Positions 19,791-31,600 of a DNA stretch of 64,000 nt are shown here, piece by piece. The notes below the pieces were generated by a model. It was not told where the DNA came from and did no database searches. It was given only the letters and a program-made list of their open reading frames with translations. A program made the translations under genes and the position numbers. Every line of letters begins with the position of its first letter. Position 1 is the first letter of the stretch. Origin of the DNA: an uncultured delta proteobacterium (GTDB lineage Bacteria > Myxococcota_A > Polyangia > Polyangiales > Polyangiaceae); contig CAWDXG010000001.1 in the NCBI GenBank assembly GCA_963806225.1, positions 1,888,001-1,952,000 on the forward strand. The letters run 5' to 3'.

Positions 19791-21241
19791 ATGATGCGTT
19801 TCAAGAGCTATGCGGCGATGGGCCTTGCCGTCGGGCTGGTGGCGTGCGGCGGCGCGACCAAGGAGGTCAAGGCGCCGAGCCACCCCAGCGGCAAGACGGA
19901 TCGGTCCGGTCACAAGGTCAGCAAGGCTGCTGCGCGGAGCTTCAACACCGCTCTCGACAGCTTCGTCTCGCATGACAAGGCGTCGGACTGGAGCGAGAGC
20001 GTCTGCAAGGACGTGGCGGAGCAGTTCCTGCACGCCAGCACGCAACAGAAGGGCGAGACGAACCGCGCCCTTCCGGAGGCGATCTACAACGCGGGTCTGG
20101 TCTACCAGCGCTGTGATGACGACGCGGACGCCAAGAAGGAGTTCCAGGCTGCGCTGGGCGTCGACAAGAAGTTCTACAGGGCCGAGGCCCAGCTGGTCCT
20201 GTACGACTACCAGAAGAACCACGACCTCGACGGAACCATCGGTCGGCTCGAGCAGACCATCCGCGCCGCGCACTTCCAGCTCGTCGGCGGTCTGGTCAGC
20301 CTGGCTGCGCTGCAGATGGAGCGCGGGAACGACACACCGAACAGCGACGGCAAGAACGATCTGGAGCGGGCCAAGCTCAACCTGCAGCGCGCGCTGGCTA
20401 TCGACGACAGCTACATGCCGGCCTTCAACCAGCTGGCCATCTACTACATGGAGCTCGCCAAGGCGAAGGCGGAGAAGAAGAAGGGCAGCGGCGGTCGCAG
20501 CCGCCGACGGAGCCTGCAGGTTGCCGGCGCCCAGCAGGCTGAAGTGGACAAGCAGCAGCTCGACCTTGCCGCTCTGGTGGCTTCCCAGGCCATCCAGAAG
20601 AATCCGACCTACGCTCCCATCTACAACACCGCAGGCTTGATCCAGGTCGAGCTGAAGGACTTCAACGGCGCGGTGAAGAACTTCAAGCGCGCTCGCCAAC
20701 TGGATCCGAAGTTCTTCGAAGCGGACATGAACTACGCGGCGGTCAACCTCGGTTTCCGCGGGTTCCAGGAAGCGGAGCGCGCCTATCGCGACGCGCTGAA
20801 GCTCCAGCCGAACGAGTACGAAGCGCACCTGGGCCTGGCGCTTGCCCTCCGCGGGGAGATCAACGACGCCAACTGGGACAAGAACGTGGCCGAGGCGCAG
20901 AAGGAGCTCGACAAGGCGAAGAAGCTCGAGCCCGAACCGGCCGGAGACCTACTACAACGAGGCGATCCTCACCCAGGAGTACAAGGCCAAGGGCGGTTCA
21001 GGGTGACGCAATCCCGATGCTCGAGAAGGCGGCGGACCTCTACGGTCAGTTCATCGGCAAGGCCGGGACAGGCGCTCAGTTCGCGGAAGCGGTCAAGCGC
21101 TCCAAGGACCGCGAGCAGGACATCCGCGACACGGTGAAGTTCATCAAGGAAGGCCAGGCGGCCAAGGCGGCGCAGGACAAGGCGAACGCGGCAGCCGCAA
21201 CGGGCGGCTCCAACAAGAAGGCCGCTGCGCCGAAGAAGTGA
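19791..21241 (+). CDS. gltE: GltE/AglT-like TPR lipoprotein (frameshifts near 20935 and 21005)
   Basis: RBS gaggag, lipobox LVAC, multiple TPRs (PEAIYNAGLVY, APIYNTAGLIQ, YEAHLGLALAL) and synteny with gltD and gltF. Confidence 0.75.
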
Positions 21242-21259
21242 CGCCGGTTCCGGCTGGTA

Positions 21260-21298
21260 CGACGGGCGGACCGCCAGCGGCCGCCCGTCGGCGTTTTG
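21260..21298 (+). terminator. Intrinsic terminator after gltE
   Basis: Stem cgacgggcgg..ccgcccgtcg followed by gcgttttgt. Confidence 0.55.
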
Positions 21299-21494
21299 TC
21301 TCCCATCCCCGGGTCCGGTATGTCCAACCAGTCCGGACTTTTCCAGCGGCACTGCCGAGGCGGGTGCGATCCGCATCCCCGGGCAAGAAATTCGTCAGCT
21401 CGAGTGTTCCAATCGTGGAACTTCCGGGACCAGCCGCTGTCGATCTCGTGGCAAGCTCCATCGGATTAGAGTGGCTACTCCGGTCAGATCGCGG

Positions 21495-21524
21495 TTGACG
21501 TGCCGCGGTCGCAGAAAGTACAAT
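21495..21524 (+). promoter_or_regulatory. Sigma70-type promoter of gltF
   Basis: TTGACG-N18-TACAAT, 39 nt upstream of ATG 21564. Confidence 0.65.
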
Positions 21525-21563
21525 CACACTGTAATAGAGCGACAATATTCCGAGGATATTGCA

Positions 21564-21872
21564 ATGGCCTATTCGAAGATGAAGTTTGGTATCGCAGCGC
21601 TGGCAATCGGGCTCACGGCATTCGTTGCCGCTCCCTCCGCATCTGCACAGACGAAGGGTGCTGGCGCGGGCGCAGCGGCTGGTGCGGCAGGCGGCGGTGA
21701 CAAGGGCGACGAGGGTTACGGATACACGTTCGACGATGATCCGTTGAACGCCGGCGGTTTCGGTCCGAACGACGCAACCATCCGGGTCCGGCCTCGCGCT
21801 GCGCGCACGACGCTCATCCGCCCGCGCACGTCGTTCGTTCCCGAGATGCTCAAGTCGGTCGAGAACATCTGA
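21564..21872 (+). CDS. gltF: GltF/CglF-like small secreted gliding protein
   Basis: Signal peptide. C-terminus YTFDDDPL..TLIRPRTSFVPEMLKSVENI resembles the CglF tail. Sits between gltE and gltG. Confidence 0.8.
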   Translation: MAYSKMKFGIAALAIGLTAFVAAPSASAQTKGAGAGAAAGAAGGGDKGDEGYGYTFDDDPLNAGGFGPNDATIRVRPRAARTTLIRPRTSFVPEMLKSVENI

Positions 21873-21989
21873 CAGGCAGGAAAGTCACGAAATTCCGATC
21901 AGGGCGCAATCCCATTGTGCTCAGGGGCTAGCTCGCGCCAAAGGCGCTACGCGGGTCCGCTAGAACAGGGAATCGAGGAAAGGCAACGC

Positions 21990-24159
21990 ATGGCAAAGGC
22001 TGTTCTCACGTTCGCGCTCTACCAGGGCGACGCCCTGCAACGGCGGGAGACCGTCACGCAGGACATCGTGAAGGTCGGCAAGGATCCGAAGAGTCATCTG
22101 AGGGTCGACGACGAGCTCGCGTCGCGCATGCACGCCGTGATCGAAGTCGCCGGTCCCGAGGACATCACGCTGATCGACCTCGGTAACGAGCCGGGCACGA
22201 TGGTCAATGGCGCCCGGGTGAACAAGTGCAAGCTGCACGTGGGCGATCAAGTCCAGGTCGGCGGCACCCGCATCGTGCTCGAGAGCGCTGAAGCAGCGTC
22301 TGCCGAGGCGCAGCCTGCTCCGGAGCAGGCGGCTGCGGCCGCCGCACCGCCACCAGTTCCGGCAGCTCCCGCACCTGTGGCGGCGCCTCCGGCTCCCGCC
22401 GCTGCCGCTCCGCCGCCTGTCGCTGCCCCTCCTGCACCAGCGGCTGCGCCGCCGCCCGTTGCAGCAGCGCCGGCTGCGCCAGCGGCGAATCCGTTCGGCG
22501 GCGGTGGCTCGAATCCTTTTGCGGCCGCTGCCGCCTCGAGTCCTTTTGCGGCCGCCTCGAATCCGTTCGAGGCCGCGGCGGTCAATCCGTTCGCAGCGGG
22601 TGCGGCCATGTCCGCTGCGCAGGCGCAGGCCGAGGCGCTCAAGGTTCCCGACGATGCAGCGCCCGGCACGTACACCTACACGCTGGTGAAGAGCGGGCCG
22701 GACGTGAGCCCCGACGAGGTGGAGCTGGCGCACGTGCAGGCCGTCGAGGTGATGGTCCTCTGGGGCACGAACGTGCTGCACGTCTCGCACCTCACGCCTC
22801 CCAGGAACTTCTACGTCGGCGAGGAGCAGGGAAAGAACTTCTCCTGCGACTTCTTCATCCCGGCCGAGAAGCTGGGCACGACACGCATGCCGGTGGTGCT
22901 GGGTGACAGGACTTCGCTCAATCTGGTCATTCCCGCAGGGAGCCAAGGGCTTCATCGAGATTCCGGGCCAGGGCCGGATGACCCTCGACGAGGCGCGGCA
23001 GAAGGCGCAGCCGTGTGCCGAGGTGAGCGGAGCACAGCAGATCGCGCTGCCTGGTGGAGCCAAGGCGCGAGTCGAGCTGCAGACCTTCGTGTTCCAGGTG
23101 GCAGCCGTGAATGCCGGCAAGCCACTCAAGCACGGCGTTGGCGCCGGGCTCGAGTGGGCCATCTTCATGTACTTCGGGCTGTCGCTCCTGGCGGTCAGCG
23201 GCTTCGTCGCAGCGATGGCGTTCTTCGTGCCCCCGCTGGGTCTGACCGACGACGAGGACATCAACAAGGATCAGATGTACCTGATCCAGCAGTACCTGAA
23301 GAGCGCCGCCGAGCGTGAGCAGGAAGAGAAGGAGACCGAGCAGGTCACCGACGACAAGGCCGACAACAAGGAAGGCGGCACAGGTACGCGAGCCAAGGGC
23401 GAGGAAGGCTCGATGGGCAAGCAGACCTCGCACGCGAAGAACAAGCGCTACGCGGTCCAGGGCCCGAAGGACAATCCCGACCCGCATATCGCACGTCAGG
23501 CCGCTCTGCGTGAAGCGCAGGAATTCGGCATGATCGGCCTTCTGAACACCGGTGCGGCGGGTGACCCGAACGCGCCCACGGCGCCCTGGGGTCGCGACAC
23601 GTCGCTCGGCATGGACGACATGAGCGCCCGCGGCAACATGTGGGGCGACGAGATCGGCGACGCCTTCGGCGCGGGCGGTCTCGGCCTGTCCGGCATCGGC
23701 GAAGGTGGCGGTGGTCGCGGTGAAGGTATCGGTCTCGGATCGATCGGTACTCTCGGTCACGGCGCCGGCACCGGTACGGGCCAGGGCTTCGGTTCAGGTC
23801 ACGGGCGTCTGGGTGGTTCCCACAAGACGCGGGCTCCGAAGGTGCGCATGGGTGCGACCACCGTCAGCGGCCGCCTGCCGCCCGAGGTCATCCAGCGTAT
23901 CGTCCGCCAGAACTACGGCCGTTTCCGCATGTGTTACGAACAGGGCCTTGCGCGGAACCCGAACCTGGAGGGGCGCGTCTCGGTGCGATTCGTTATCGGC
24001 CGCGATGGTTCGGTGTCGAACGTGGCCAACGGCGGCTCGGATATGCCGGACAGCGGTGTCGTCAACTGCGTGGTGCGGGCCTACTACGGCCTGAGCTTCC
24101 CGCAGCCCGAGGGCGGCATCGTAACGGTGGTCTATCCGATCATGTTCTCGCCGGGCTGA
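21990..24159 (+). CDS. gltG: GltG/PglI-like protein: FHA, Pro/Ala linker, TM, Gly-rich region and TonB-like C-terminal domain (frameshift near 22940)
   Basis: FHA (VKVGK..SRMHAVI..DLGNEPGTMVNG), TM, GIGLGSIGT repeats and LPPEVIQRIVRQ..CYE..PNLEGRV..C..FPQPEGGIVTVVYP. Confidence 0.85.
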
Positions 24160-24543
24160 GCCGGTCATAGGAGAGCAGCCTGGTCTGGCGCGTGGGATCA
24201 CGTATCCCGCGCGCCAGGCTCGTTTGTGTCCCCGCAAATGCGCGGGCTCCCGGCCTAGCGCCCCGTGTGGGGCGGGCCCTCTCCCGGGAGGGGCGCCGCC
24301 GGGGAAAAACCCAAGGAATCCGCCGGGCAATCTGCGACGAACCGCCTTTACTTCGGCCGCGGCGTAGAACTATGCTCGGGTGAGCTTTGGCCCCGAGCAC
24401 GCGATGCCTGTCTCGCCACCCGCTCGGGTCCCGCCGTTCCAGACGGCTCGAGCTTGCGGGTTTTTGACCGATGTTTTCGCGTAGGAGTCGACTCTACGGC
24501 TGAGCGTTCCGCGGAGGGACGAACGAAAGAGAGTGAGCTCGCG

Positions 24544-25474
24544 ATGAAATTGCGAAGTGTAACGAAGACCGCCGCAATGGCGGCGGGTGTGTTGGCCCTT
24601 CTGGTAGGTAGCGGCTGCAGCCGCGACCATATCGAGGCGATCAACCTGGCGAACCGGGGTGACAAGTCCGTAAAGGTCAATGTCGAGAACGCCATCTCGC
24701 AGTACCAGCAGGCGTTGCAGCTCGACCCGACCAATCACCGGATTCTCTGGAAGCTCGCGAAGGCGTACGAGAAGAAGGAGGACTGGGACAAGATGGCGTC
24801 CACCCTCTCCCGCGCCGTACAGGTCGCGCCGAGCTTTGCCAACTACTGGGCGAACCGCGGCTATGCGCTCGTCCGCAGGCGGAAGCGGGCAACCCCGACG
24901 CCTACGAGGAGGCGAAGCAGCCGCTGCAGAAGTGCATCGAAAAGGACCCGAACTACGCCGAGTGCTACCACTTCCTCGGCGAAGCCGATCTGTGGACGGA
25001 CGACACGCAAGGCGCGCTGTCGAACTACACGAAGGCGATCGAGCACAACTCGCACGTCGCGTACTTCTACCCGCCGCTCGGCGGAGACCTACATCTCCTT
25101 GAAGTTCTACGATCAGGCAGGGAAGGTTCTCAAGGAAGGCACGCGCCTCATCCAGCCGAGCAAGGAGAACAACAACAACCTGTACGGCATGTACGTCCTG
25201 CGCTTCCAGGTGGCCCAGGCGAACGACGACAAGGCCGAGATGGTGGCCTCGATGGAGCAGGCGCAGAAGGTCGCCGGCGACACGCATCCCGGAGATCGCG
25301 TTCAACCTCGGCAGTACCTATGCCGTGATGGATCCGCCGCAGAAGGAGAAGGCGGTCCGGCTCTTGAGCTCGTTCACGAAGCGGGCATGCCGGAGCGCCA
25401 AGGCGAAGAAGTTCAAGGAACAGTGCGAGACGAGCTCGGCGCTCATCCAGAAGCTGGGCGGGAAGGTCAACTGA
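24544..25474 (+). CDS. TPR lipoprotein of unknown function (about 3 frameshifts)
   Basis: Lipoprotein signal ending VGSGC. TPRs AISQYQQALQLDPTN, SRAVQVAPSFANYWANRG, KCIEKDPNYAECYHFLG. Stop TGA at 25472-25474. Confidence 0.75.
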
Positions 25475-25497
25475 CCTTGGGCGGCTCATCCACGAGC

Positions 25498-25532
25498 GAA
25501 GGCCGGATTCCGCTTGCAGGAATGCGGCCTTC
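25498..25532 (+). terminator. Hairpin between the TPR lipoprotein and gltI
   Basis: Inverted repeat gaaggccg-gattcc..ggaat-g-cggccttc. Weak U-tract. Confidence 0.4.
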
Positions 25533-25654
25533 TGCGCGGAGGAGCCGACGCTCGCTCGTCGAGCGATGAACAGAGTTTCCGTGGGGATTTCCCGGGTGGC
25601 CGGGACCGGAACGCCGGCGGCCGCCCTAGCAGCAGTAGTGTTGCCCGAGGGAGC

Positions 25655-28600
25655 ATGGATCTAGAGCAGCGTCTGAACCAGCTGGAACGCCATCATGACT
25701 GGCAGGGGGCGATGGACGCCCTGGAGCAGGGTCTCCAGAGCGAACAGGATGCCTCGGTCAAGGCGGAGCTGCATCTACGTCTCGGTCGGCTGCTCCATTC
25801 ACGCTTCCTGCAGGGCGTGAAGGCGCTCAAGCACTTCCAGGACGCCTTCAAGCTGAATCCCGCGCTGCTCGAGGCGCTGGCGGAGGCGCGGGGGATCTAC
25901 TGGGAGCTGGGCAAGCTCAACATGGTGCAGAAGCTGCTCGAGCTGCAGCTGAAGAGCACCCAGGATCCCGAGCTCTGCCGCATCGCTGTAGCCGCGAGCT
26001 CGGCGACGTGCTCAGCGATCAGGGCGACTACGAGCGCGCCGCCGAGGCGTACGCGAAAGCGCTGCAGACCGCGAACGGCACGATGCCGGAAGATCGGCGA
26101 GCTGCTCGAGGAAGTGCAGCTCGGTCCACGATCAGTGGCAGGAGCGCGTCGGGCAGTTGCTTCGCGCCGCTCACGACGTACCGGACAGTGCGACGAAGGC
26201 ATCGGCGTTCCTGCGCGCAGCGCGCATCGCGCGTCGCTACGCGCCCGAGGAGCTGGAGGGGATGCTCGCGCAGGCCTACGCAGCCGATCCCGACCAGCGT
26301 CGTTGCCGCGGCGCTGTACGAGAGTCTGCTGGTAGACGCAGAGCGCACGGACGCGATCCTGGAGGCACAGCGCCAGGTGCTCGACAACGTGAGCGATCCG
26401 CACGAGCGCGCCGACGCGGCGTTCCGCTTCGGAGCGCGCTGGGCTCTGCGTCACCAGAACCCCGAGGTCGGCTCGCAGTTGCTCGAGGAGTCGCTGAAGC
26501 TCGACCCGAGTCGGGAGTCGGCGTTTGCTTTCCTGCGCGATGCGTACGGAACGCGCGGTGGCGACTGGGACCGCGTCATCGGGCTGGCCGAGGAGCTCTC
26601 GGAGCAGGCCGGCGAGAACTCGTCGTCCGCCTATCTGCTCGCCAACGCGGGGCTGGCTCGCGTGGCGTGAGCTCGGCGACCTGATGAAGGCGAAGACGTA
26701 CTTCGAGAAGCTCGGGCACCTCGCGCCGGATCACCCGGCACTCAAGGCTTTCGAGGCACAGATCGGCGCGCAGCTCACGCCGTCGCCGCCGCCCGCTGAA
26801 GCCGAGGAGAGCGCGCCCGCGGCCGACGAGAGTGCCGGAAGCGAGCCGGAGGCCGAAGCGTCCGGGTCCGAGCCCGAGCCCGAGGTCGCCGAGGCGGAGC
26901 CGCCGGCCGAAGCCGCAGCCGAGCCCGAAGGCGAAGCGCCCGCGGCGGAACCCGCCGAGGCGGAACCGAAACAGGTCGACGAGGCGCTGGTCGCAGAGCT
27001 GCGCGAGAAGCTGCAGCAGCAGGACGAAGCAAAGCGCTACCACGAGTACGTCAAGACGCTGGTGGCGCTGGCAGACGAGGTTGGCGACCCGGCCGAGAGC
27101 GTGGAGCTCTACCTCAAGGCCGCCGACCTGTACGTCAACAAGTTCGTCAACCAGGCCGAGGCCGTGAAGACCTTCGAGAAGGTGATCGAGGTCGACCCGG
27201 ACAACCAGGACGCCATCGCGTACCTGCGCCAGATGTACGAGAAGCGTCGCGACTGGGAGAAGCTGATCGCGCTGAACACCAGCCAGGCCGAGCGGCTCGA
27301 GTCCGGTCCCGAGCGCACTGCGATGTTCAAGGAGATCGCGCAGCTCGCCACCGATCGCGTGAAGAAGCCGGACGTGTGCATCGGGCTGTGGGCCGTGGTG
27401 CTCGACAACGACGCGGACGATCTCGACGCGCTCGGAGCGTTGGCCCAGTTCTACGAGCGGGCTCGGGACTACGAGAAGCTCGCCGACGTCCTCGAGAAGC
27501 TGGCGGAGCTGACCTTCGACACGAAGGAGAAGGTCCAGATCCTGACCAAGCTGGGTCAGGTCACGGGCGATCGCCTCAAGGACGACGCGCGGGCCGTGGA
27601 CGCGTACCGGACGTTGCTCACCCTGCAGCCGGACGACCGTCGCGCGCAGGAACAGCTGAAGAAGCGCTACGTGTCGCTCGGGCGCTGGGACGACCTCGAG
27701 GTGTTCTACGCGGACACGGGCAAGTGGGACGAGTTCATTCGCGTTCTGGAGAGCAACGAGGCGCGGACGAAGGACACCGAGCAGCGCATCGGCATGCTCA
27801 TGAAGGTGGCCGAGCTGTGGATGACCCAGAAGGGCAAGCCCGACCGCTCGGCGCGCGCCTACGAGAAGATCCTCAATCTGGATGAGAACAACCTCGCGGC
27901 CGCAGAGCAGCTGATCCCGATCTACACCCAGGGCAACAACCCGAAGGGCTTGAGCGGCGCGATCGAGGTCAAGCTGGGTCACGTCGAGGACGCCGACGGA
28001 ACGGCTGGAGCTTCTGCGCGAGGTCGCCGGGCTCTACGAGAGCCGCATCAACGACAAGAACAAGGCTTTCGAGCGCTTCCTGTCGGCATTCGAGATTGCG
28101 CCTGCCGACGAGCAGAGCCAGGCGGACGTCGAACGGGCTGCGCAACTGACCGGACGCTGGGACGATCTCATCGAGGCGTACAGGAACCAGGTGACGCGTG
28201 CGGACGGCGAAGGCGACGCGGTGCTCGCCAACGCGCTCCGGCTGCGCCTCGGGCGGGTGCTGGTCGACGAGGTGCAGCGTGTCGACGACGCGCTAGCGGA
28301 GTACCGCGCCGTCTACGAGAGCGAGCCCGACAATACCATCGCGCTGGAAGCCCTCGAACAAGCTGTACCGGGACACCGAGCGCTGGCGCGACCTGCTCGA
28401 TGTCTACGGGAAGAAGCGCGAGCTCGTCGCGGATCCCGACGAGCGCAAGCAGATCCTCTACGAGATCGCCAAGCTGTACGAGACCCAGATCGGCGAGCCG
28501 ACTTCCGCCGTGCAGACCTACCAGGCGGTGCTCGAGGACGATCCGGCCGACGCCGTGGCGCTCGAGGCGCTCGATCGCCTCTACCAGCAGACCGAGGACT

Positions 28601-31600
28601 GGGAGCCCTACGCCGACGTCCTGCGTCGCCGGATCGAGCTGGATGTGAACGAGGGCGAGCTCATCGACCTGAAGTTCCGTCTCGCCGGCACCCAGCAGCA
28701 GCATCTCTCCGATGCCGCGTCCGCACTCGAAAACTATCGCGAGATCCTGTTCCTCGATGCCGATCATGAAGGCGCACGCCTGGCGCTCGAGGGCATGCTG
28801 GAGACGGACGAAGCGCTGCGCGGCGAGGCAGCGTCCATCCTCGAGTCCATCTACGAAACCCGCGAGGACTGGGAGAAGCTGATCGGTGCGCTGGAGATCC
28901 TGGCGATCTCGGACGCCGAGAGCGAACGCCGCGTGTCGTTGCTGCGCAAGATTGCCGCGACTGCGGCCAGCCAGCTCGGTGACGTCGAGCGTGCGCTCGA
29001 TGCGCAGGCCCGCGCGCTCAAGGAGGATCCGTCGCTGGCCGACTCGCTGCTGGAGTTGGAGCAGCTGGCCGAGCAGGCCAACGCCTGGGACAAGCTCATC
29101 ACGATCTACAACGAGGTCGCTGGCGGGCTCGACGAGCCGACTCTCGCGCGCGAGTACTGGATGCGCCTCGCGGCGATCGAGGAGCGGCTGGGCAAGGTCG
29201 AGGAAGCAGCGCACAGCTACGAGAAGGTGCTCTCGCTTGACCCCGGTGACGCCGAGGCGCTGCAGGCCATGGACGCGCTGTACCGTCGCACCGAGCACTG
29301 GGACGAGCTCATCGGCGTGTTCCGTCGGCGCATCGAGCTCACGGGCGACGGCAACGAGCGCGAATCGCTCTACGCCCAGATGGCGCAGGTCTACGAGGAG
29401 CGACTGGGCAAGCCGGACGACGCGATTGCTGCCTACCGCGAGGTGCTGGCGCTCGATCCGACCAGCCAGGTGGCACTGGGAGCATTGGACGGCCTGTTCA
29501 CCCGCCAGTCCATGTGGAGCGAGCTGTCGGAAAACCTCGAGACGCAGCTCGGGCTGGCCGAGACCGAGGAAGCGCAGCTTGCGTTGATGCTCCGGTTGGC
29601 GGCGCTGCGCGAGGGGAAGATGAGCGAGGTGGAGGCCGCCATCGAGGGCTACCGCCAGGTGCTCGATCGGGACCCGATCAACGAGGTGGCGCTCGGGGCG
29701 CTCGAACGCCTGGGCCAGGACGAGGCCCACGCTCTGGCTATCGCCGAGATCCTCGAACCGCTCTACCGCCAGCAGGGCGACTACCAGAAGCTCATCGGTG
29801 TCCACGAGGTCCAGGTGCGTCGCGCCGACGACACGCACCGCAAGGTCGAGCTTCTGCACCAGATCGCGGAGTTGTACGAGGACGCCGCGGGTGACGTGAA
29901 CCTCGCGTTCGACACCTACGCGCGTGCGCTGGCCGTCGATCCCGGGAACGACTCCACCCAGGAGGGGCTGGACCGCTTGGCACGTGCGAGCGGCCGCTTC
30001 CCTGATCTGGCATCCGTCTTCGAGCGCCTCGCCGGCGAGCAGGAAGACCCGGAGCTCGGCAGTCAGCTCTACACCTTCGCCGCCCGTGTGTTCGAGAGCG
30101 ATGTGGGCGATATCGAGCGCGCGATCGAGCTGTATCGCAAGGTCCTGAGCACGGATCCGACGAATCTGTCCGCCGCGGAATCGCTGCAGACGCTGTTCCA
30201 GTCCACCGAGCGCTACGCGGACATGTCGCTGATCCTGCAGCGCAAGGCGGAGATCCTCGAGGACATGGACGAGCAGAAGTCCGCCCTCTACCAGGCGGCA
30301 ACGCTCGAGGAGGAGGTTCTCGATCGCAAGGAGAACGCCATCGGCGTCTATCTCAAGATCCTCGAGATCGACCCCGAGGACCTGCGTAGCATCGACGCCC
30401 TGATCAATCTGTATCTCGGCCTGTCGCGCTGGGAAGAGCTGCTCGGCGTGTACTCGCGCAAGGCCGACCTGGTGATCGACACCGAGGAGAAGAAGCTCAT
30501 CTTCTACCAGGTGGGCGCGGTGCACGAGCGCGAGCTCAGTGACGTTTCGCGGGCCATCGACACGTACCAGCGCGTGCTCGAGCTCGACCCCGACGATCTG
30601 ACTGCCCTGGGTCGGCTGGACGTGCTGTACCAGACCGCGCAGAACTGGCAGGAGCTGCTCAGCGTGCTCACGCACGAGGCAGAGCTGACCGCCGATCCGA
30701 ACGAGGCAGTGAGCTACCAGTACCGGATCGCGGAGCTGTACGAGAAGCATCTCGAGGACGTGGAGCGCGCGGTCGAGCTGTACCGTGACATCCTGGGCAT
30801 CGTGCCCGATCACGGGCCGACGCTCTCGGCGCTCGAGGGGATCAAGAACGGCGAGCGGGCGCCGCTCGCCGCCGCCGGCGTGCTCGAGCCCGTCTACGAC
30901 GCGATGGGCGAGTGGCAGCGCCTGATCAGCGTGCTCGAGGTCGAGGTCCGGTTCGCCGACGATCCGTTCACGCAGGTCGACCTGCTGCACCGGATCGCAC
31001 GCCTGTACGAGGAAAATCTCGGCGACCATGCCAACGCCTTCGAGACGTATGCGCGCGCGGTCGCCGTCGACAGCCAGAACGAGGAATCGCTGGCGTCGCT
31101 GGAACGCCTGGCCATGGTGATCGAGCGCTGGCCCGCGGTGGCCCAGCTCTACGATCAGGAGCTCGACAAGCTCGCGGAGGAGCCGGAGCGTATGGTCGAG
31201 CTCGGGCTGCGCGTCGCGCAGGTCTACGAGGTACAGCTCGAGGACGTCGACAGCGCCGTGGCGCGCTACCGGCGCGTGCTGGAGGCGGATCCCGAGAACC
31301 AGAGTGCGGTGCGGGCGTTGGATCGCTTGTTCTCGCAGGCGGAGCGCTGGAGTGATTTGGCGGATGTTCTGGCCCGTGAGGCGGAGATCGGACAGAGCCC
31401 CGACGAGATCCTCGAGTTCAAGTTCCGTCTGGGACAGGTCTACCAGCTGCGCCTGGGCGACCTGGACAAGGCCATCGATGCGTATCGCGAGGTCATCAAC
31501 GCCGCCCCCGAGCACGGCGAGACGCTCATGGCCCTGGAAGGGCTGTTCGAGAGCGGCACCAAGCAGCTCGAGATCGCGGGGATCCTGGAGCCGCTCTACC

